Source: Candidatus Aegiribacteria sp. (lineage in GTDB: Bacteria; Fermentibacterota; Fermentibacteria; Fermentibacterales; JCC-6). From it: a DNA stretch of 49,086 bases. Position numbers and translations under genes: made by a program. Below, piece after piece: positions 46,300 to 49,086 of the stretch; within the stretch, counting starts at the first letter, position 1; every line of letters starts with the position of its first letter. The notes below the pieces were generated by a model. The model was not told where the DNA came from. It ran no database searches and worked only from the letters and a program-made list of their open reading frames with translations. The stretch spans positions 1 to 49,086 of the forward strand of contig DAOWFD010000382.1 of NCBI GenBank assembly GCA_030638185.1, read 5' to 3'.

Positions 46300-46515
46300 T
46301 TGAAAAAGGATATGCATCCTGAATACAGGGAAGTCACATTCACCTGTACCTGCGGAAACAAGATCAAGACTCGCTCAACAGGCGGTGACAAGAAATTTGA
46401 TGTCTGTTCAAACTGTCATCCCTTTTATACCGGGAAACAGAAACTTGTTGACTCCGCAGGCAGGGTTGATAAGTACCTGAGGAGATACGGAAAAAAAGAA
46501 GACAGCGCGAAGTAG
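46300..46515 (+). CDS. rpmE: 50S ribosomal protein L31 (zinc-binding C+ form)
   Basis: [11 protein letters not shown]...[21 protein letters not shown] start with GGAGG RBS. Confidence 0.96.
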   Translation: MKKDMHPEYREVTFTCTCGNKIKTRSTGGDKKFDVCSNCHPFYTGKQKLVDSAGRVDKYLRRYGKKEDSAK

Positions 46516-46536
46516 CTGTAGAATCTGAGTATGACC

Positions 46537-46578
46537 GGGGGAGCTTCGATGCTCCCCCTTCCCTATTCTTGTTTTTTT
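46537..46578 (+). terminator. Hairpin / probable terminator after rpmE
   Basis: GGGGGAGC-TTCGAT-GCTCCCCC followed by a pyrimidine/T-rich tract. Confidence 0.6.
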
Positions 46579-46604
46579 GCGGTAGACATCCATAGGAGAG
46601 AACT

Positions 46605-47636
46605 ATGAAAAGTTATTCAGCAAGGAGCAGAGAGCCAGCTCCAGAGGAATCAAAAACCGGTGGCCAGGCGGTACTGGAGGGAGTGATGATGCGTTCTCCC
46701 GTTTCCACTGCAGTTGCGGTTAGAACTCCCGGCGGTACTATTATTGTCAAAAAGCTGGAAATAAAGGAACTTAAAAACGGCGGAAGCATATGGACAAAAC
46801 CCGTTTTCAGAGGTGCAGCGACAATAATAGACACCCTTAGGTTGGGCATGAAGGCCCTTAACTGGTCGGCGGAAATCGCCGAGGAATCCTTCAACTCAGA
46901 TAAAAAGAACGGGAAAAAGGGCAGCTCGGGGTTTACGACCTTCCTTACTACCGCCTTTGCATTTGCACTCGCCATCGTACTGTTCGCATGGCTGCCTCTG
47001 CAGAGCAGCAAATGGATACTTGAAACAGGTTCTTCCGCAGCCGGCCAGCAGTTCGGAATACACATGCTGGCAGGCCTGTTCCGACTGATCGCCTTCCTTC
47101 TCTATCTGGGCGCGATATCGTTTATGCCTGATGTCAGAAGGCTTTTTATGTATCATGGTGCTGAACATCAGACAATTCACGCCTGGGAGAAGGGGCTCTC
47201 ACCTCTGGCGGAGAAGGCAGTTGAGCAGAGTCCTTTGCACCAGAGGTGCGGAACCAGTTTTCTGCTCCTTGTCATGCTTGGTACTATACTGTTCTACGGG
47301 GTTTTCGATTCACTGGTTATACTGCTTACAGGATACAACCCCAGTGCTTTGATCAGAGTGCTCTACCATCTGCCTCTCATTCCACTTGTCATGGGGCTGA
47401 GCTATGAGCTTCTCAAGCAGGCCGACAAACATCTTGAGACTTCGGCGATCGCAAAGGCTGTTACAGCTCCGGGACTGCTTCTTCAGAAGCTCACTACAAG
47501 AAAGGCGGGAATAAAGGAGATTGAGGTGGCAGTCGCGTCTCTTTACGCTTCTCTTGGCAGAAACCCCGGACCAGATATTGAAATACTTGACCGGGATGCG
47601 GAAAGCCTCCACGAGCAGGAAAATGAAAACGTCTAA
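46605..47636 (+). CDS. DUF1385 domain membrane protein
   Basis: GGQAVLEGVMMR, YHGAEH, HQRCGTSF, PGLLLQKLTT; rpmE-DUF1385-prfA synteny. Confidence 0.92.
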   Translation: MKSYSARSREPAPEESKTGGQAVLEGVMMRSPVSTAVAVRTPGGTIIVKKLEIKELKNGGSIWTKPVFRGAATIIDTLRLGMKALNWSAEIAEESFNSDKKNGKKGSSGFTTFLTTAFAFALAIVLFAWLPLQSSKWILETGSSAAGQQFGIHMLAGLFRLIAFLLYLGAISFMPDVRRLFMYHGAEHQTIHAWEKGLSPLAEKAVEQSPLHQRCGTSFLLLVMLGTILFYGVFDSLVILLTGYNPSALIRVLYHLPLIPLVMGLSYELLKQADKHLETSAIAKAVTAPGLLLQKLTTRKAGIKEIEVAVASLYASLGRNPGPDIEILDRDAESLHEQENENV

Positions 47637-48699
47637 CATGGAATCCTTAGAGCAGAGACTGAAGAAAATCGACGAAAGCCTGTGTTCCCCGAAGACACTA
47701 AAGAATCCCACGCTTATCCGTTCGCTTACCGAAGAGCGCTCCAGTCTGGCCAAAATCCTAAGCACCATGGAAAATATAGAAAAAACCGGGGCATCCCTTG
47801 AAGAGATGAAGGAACTGCTGGAAGATGATGATCGGGAACTTGCGGCTCTTGCGGCCCAGGAGACCCCAGAATTGGAGATGAGGCTTGAAAAGCTTGAGCA
47901 TCAATTGAAAATGCTTCTCATCCCTCCCGATCCCAACGACAGCAGGGATGTCATAATCGAGATCCGCTCAGGAACAGGGGGAGAAGAGGCGGCCCTGTTC
48001 GCCTCAGATGTTTACAGAATGTATACGACCTACGCCCAGAAAAAGGCATGGTCTCAGGAAATCTTCACCAGCAGTGGTTCCGAAAGGGGAGGATTCAAGG
48101 AGATTACCTTCGCCCTGAGAGGAAAAGGCGTTTACAGCCGAATGAAGTTCGAAGCAGGTGTTCACAGGGTGCAGAGGGTTCCCGAAACGGAAACCTCCGG
48201 AAGGATTCACACTTCCGCCTGTACTGTGGCTGTGCTCCCTGAGGCTGAAGAGATAGAGGTTAAGATCAACCAGGAGGACCTGAGAATCGATGTCTACCGC
48301 TCTTCGGGACCAGGAGGGCAGAGTGTCAATACAACAGATTCCGCAGTGCGGATTACACACGTACCCACCGGGCTGGTCGTTTCCTGTCAGGATGAGAAAA
48401 GCCAGCATAAAAACAGGGTAAAGGCCATGAAAGTCCTCAGATCAAGACTGTTCGCAAAAAAGCAGGAGGAAGAGAAAGCCAAACGGGCTGAAACCAGGAA
48501 GAGCATGGTAGGCTCCGGTGACAGAAGTGCCAAGATCAGAACGTACAATTTTCCCCAGGGAAGAGTTACCGATCATAGAATTCACCTTTCCCTTCATTCG
48601 TTAAAAGATATTCTCAGCGGGGACCTTGATCAGATCATTGAGCCGCTTATTGAAGCCGAGCAGGAAAGACTCCTCTCGGAGGTTTCGTCGGGACTGTGA
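47623..48699 (+). CDS. prfA: Peptide chain release factor 1
   Basis: GTGGEEAALF, PET (PxT) discriminator, GGQ, RTYNFPQGR. Confidence 0.97.
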   Translation: MKTSNMESLEQRLKKIDESLCSPKTLKNPTLIRSLTEERSSLAKILSTMENIEKTGASLEEMKELLEDDDRELAALAAQETPELEMRLEKLEHQLKMLLIPPDPNDSRDVIIEIRSGTGGEEAALFASDVYRMYTTYAQKKAWSQEIFTSSGSERGGFKEITFALRGKGVYSRMKFEAGVHRVQRVPETETSGRIHTSACTVAVLPEAEEIEVKINQEDLRIDVYRSSGPGGQSVNTTDSAVRITHVPTGLVVSCQDEKSQHKNRVKAMKVLRSRLFAKKQEEEKAKRAETRKSMVGSGDRSAKIRTYNFPQGRVTDHRIHLSLHSLKDILSGDLDQIIEPLIEAEQERLLSEVSSGL

Positions 48700-49086
48700 C
48701 TGTTCTGGATGCCTGCAAATGGGCTGCAGAGGAGCTGCATGAGCTTGAATCGCCCCGTCTGGAAGCTGAACTGCTGCTTTGCCATTCAATGAACTGGAAA
48801 CGGCACAATCTATATCTGAACCATGAATGTGAAATACGCGAATCCTGCCTGGAGCAGTACAGAGAGACAGTCCGACGGCGGAAGAACAGGGAACCTCTTC
48901 AGCATATTACAGGAAGAGTGGATTTCCTGGGGCGTTCCTTCATTGCAGGGCCGGGAGCCCTTATAGCGAGGCCTGAAACGGAGTTTCTTACCGAACTGTT
49001 CATGAACGAGTTATCGAAACCAAACTACATTCTCGACGTTGGCACCGGATCCGGCGCCATAGCGGTTTCATTGGCCCTGGAGTATC
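48696..49086 (+). CDS. prmC: Release factor glutamine methyltransferase (5' part, truncated by window edge)
   Basis: GTG overlapping the prfA stop; PRLEAELLL, EPLQHITG, RPETE, LDVGTGSGAIA. Confidence 0.93.
   Translation, partial: MTVLDACKWAAEELHELESPRLEAELLLCHSMNWKRHNLYLNHECEIRESCLEQYRETVRRRKNREPLQHITGRVDFLGRSFIAGPGALIARPETEFLTELFMNELSKPNYILDVGTGSGAIAVSLALEY

Noticed and set aside
6261..46558. Similar GGGGGAGC...GCTCCCC hairpins at 6261 and 46537 as a repeat family
   Set aside because: Both are adequately explained as ordinary terminators; two short copies are not enough to define a family
1..49086. tRNA, rRNA, CRISPR arrays, transposases, sigma54 -24/-12 promoters
   Set aside because: None recognised by eye in the intergenic regions; no computational scan was possible

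Overview
Gene-dense chromosomal window from a diderm bacterium that is probably anaerobic. Gingipain-like C25 proteases with C-terminal sorting domains, Thi4 and an alpha2-type GlyRS suggest an FCB-related candidate lineage such as Fermentibacteria (inference only). Contents in order: end of a radical SAM gene; TPP-riboswitch-controlled thiM-thiE-thi4 operon; envelope cluster (Asp/Gly-repeat + HEAT protein, FN3 lipoprotein, two catalytically degenerate class A beta-lactamase-fold paralogs, Ig-like lipoprotein, beta-barrel OMP); ornithine carbamoyltransferase and a polysaccharide export pair; eno-ftsB-rsgA; NtrC and HD-GYP regulators; M23 peptidase; NodU-type carbamoyltransferase, atypical sigma54 activator, hflKC, thioesterase, RmlD-like protein and methyltransferase; an accessory stretch (about 27.2-33.5 kb) with two divergent C25 proteases, a CAP lipoprotein, a relE fragment and decayed attC-like sites; phoH-HD-ybeY-corC-recO-glyQS-GT2; a bicistron of a small coiled-coil lipoprotein and a coiled-coil/LysM protein that both end in GGSR; vanZ and a degenerate GGDEF gene; rho-rpmE-DUF1385-prfA-prmC. 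The most novel-looking signals are the putative Lpp-like membrane-peptidoglycan tether pair, the pseudo-beta-lactamase pair, three genes whose N-termini lack a canonical start codon, and a decayed cassette array with a GT2/RelE chimeric scar. No tRNA, rRNA, CRISPR array or intact mobile element was seen.
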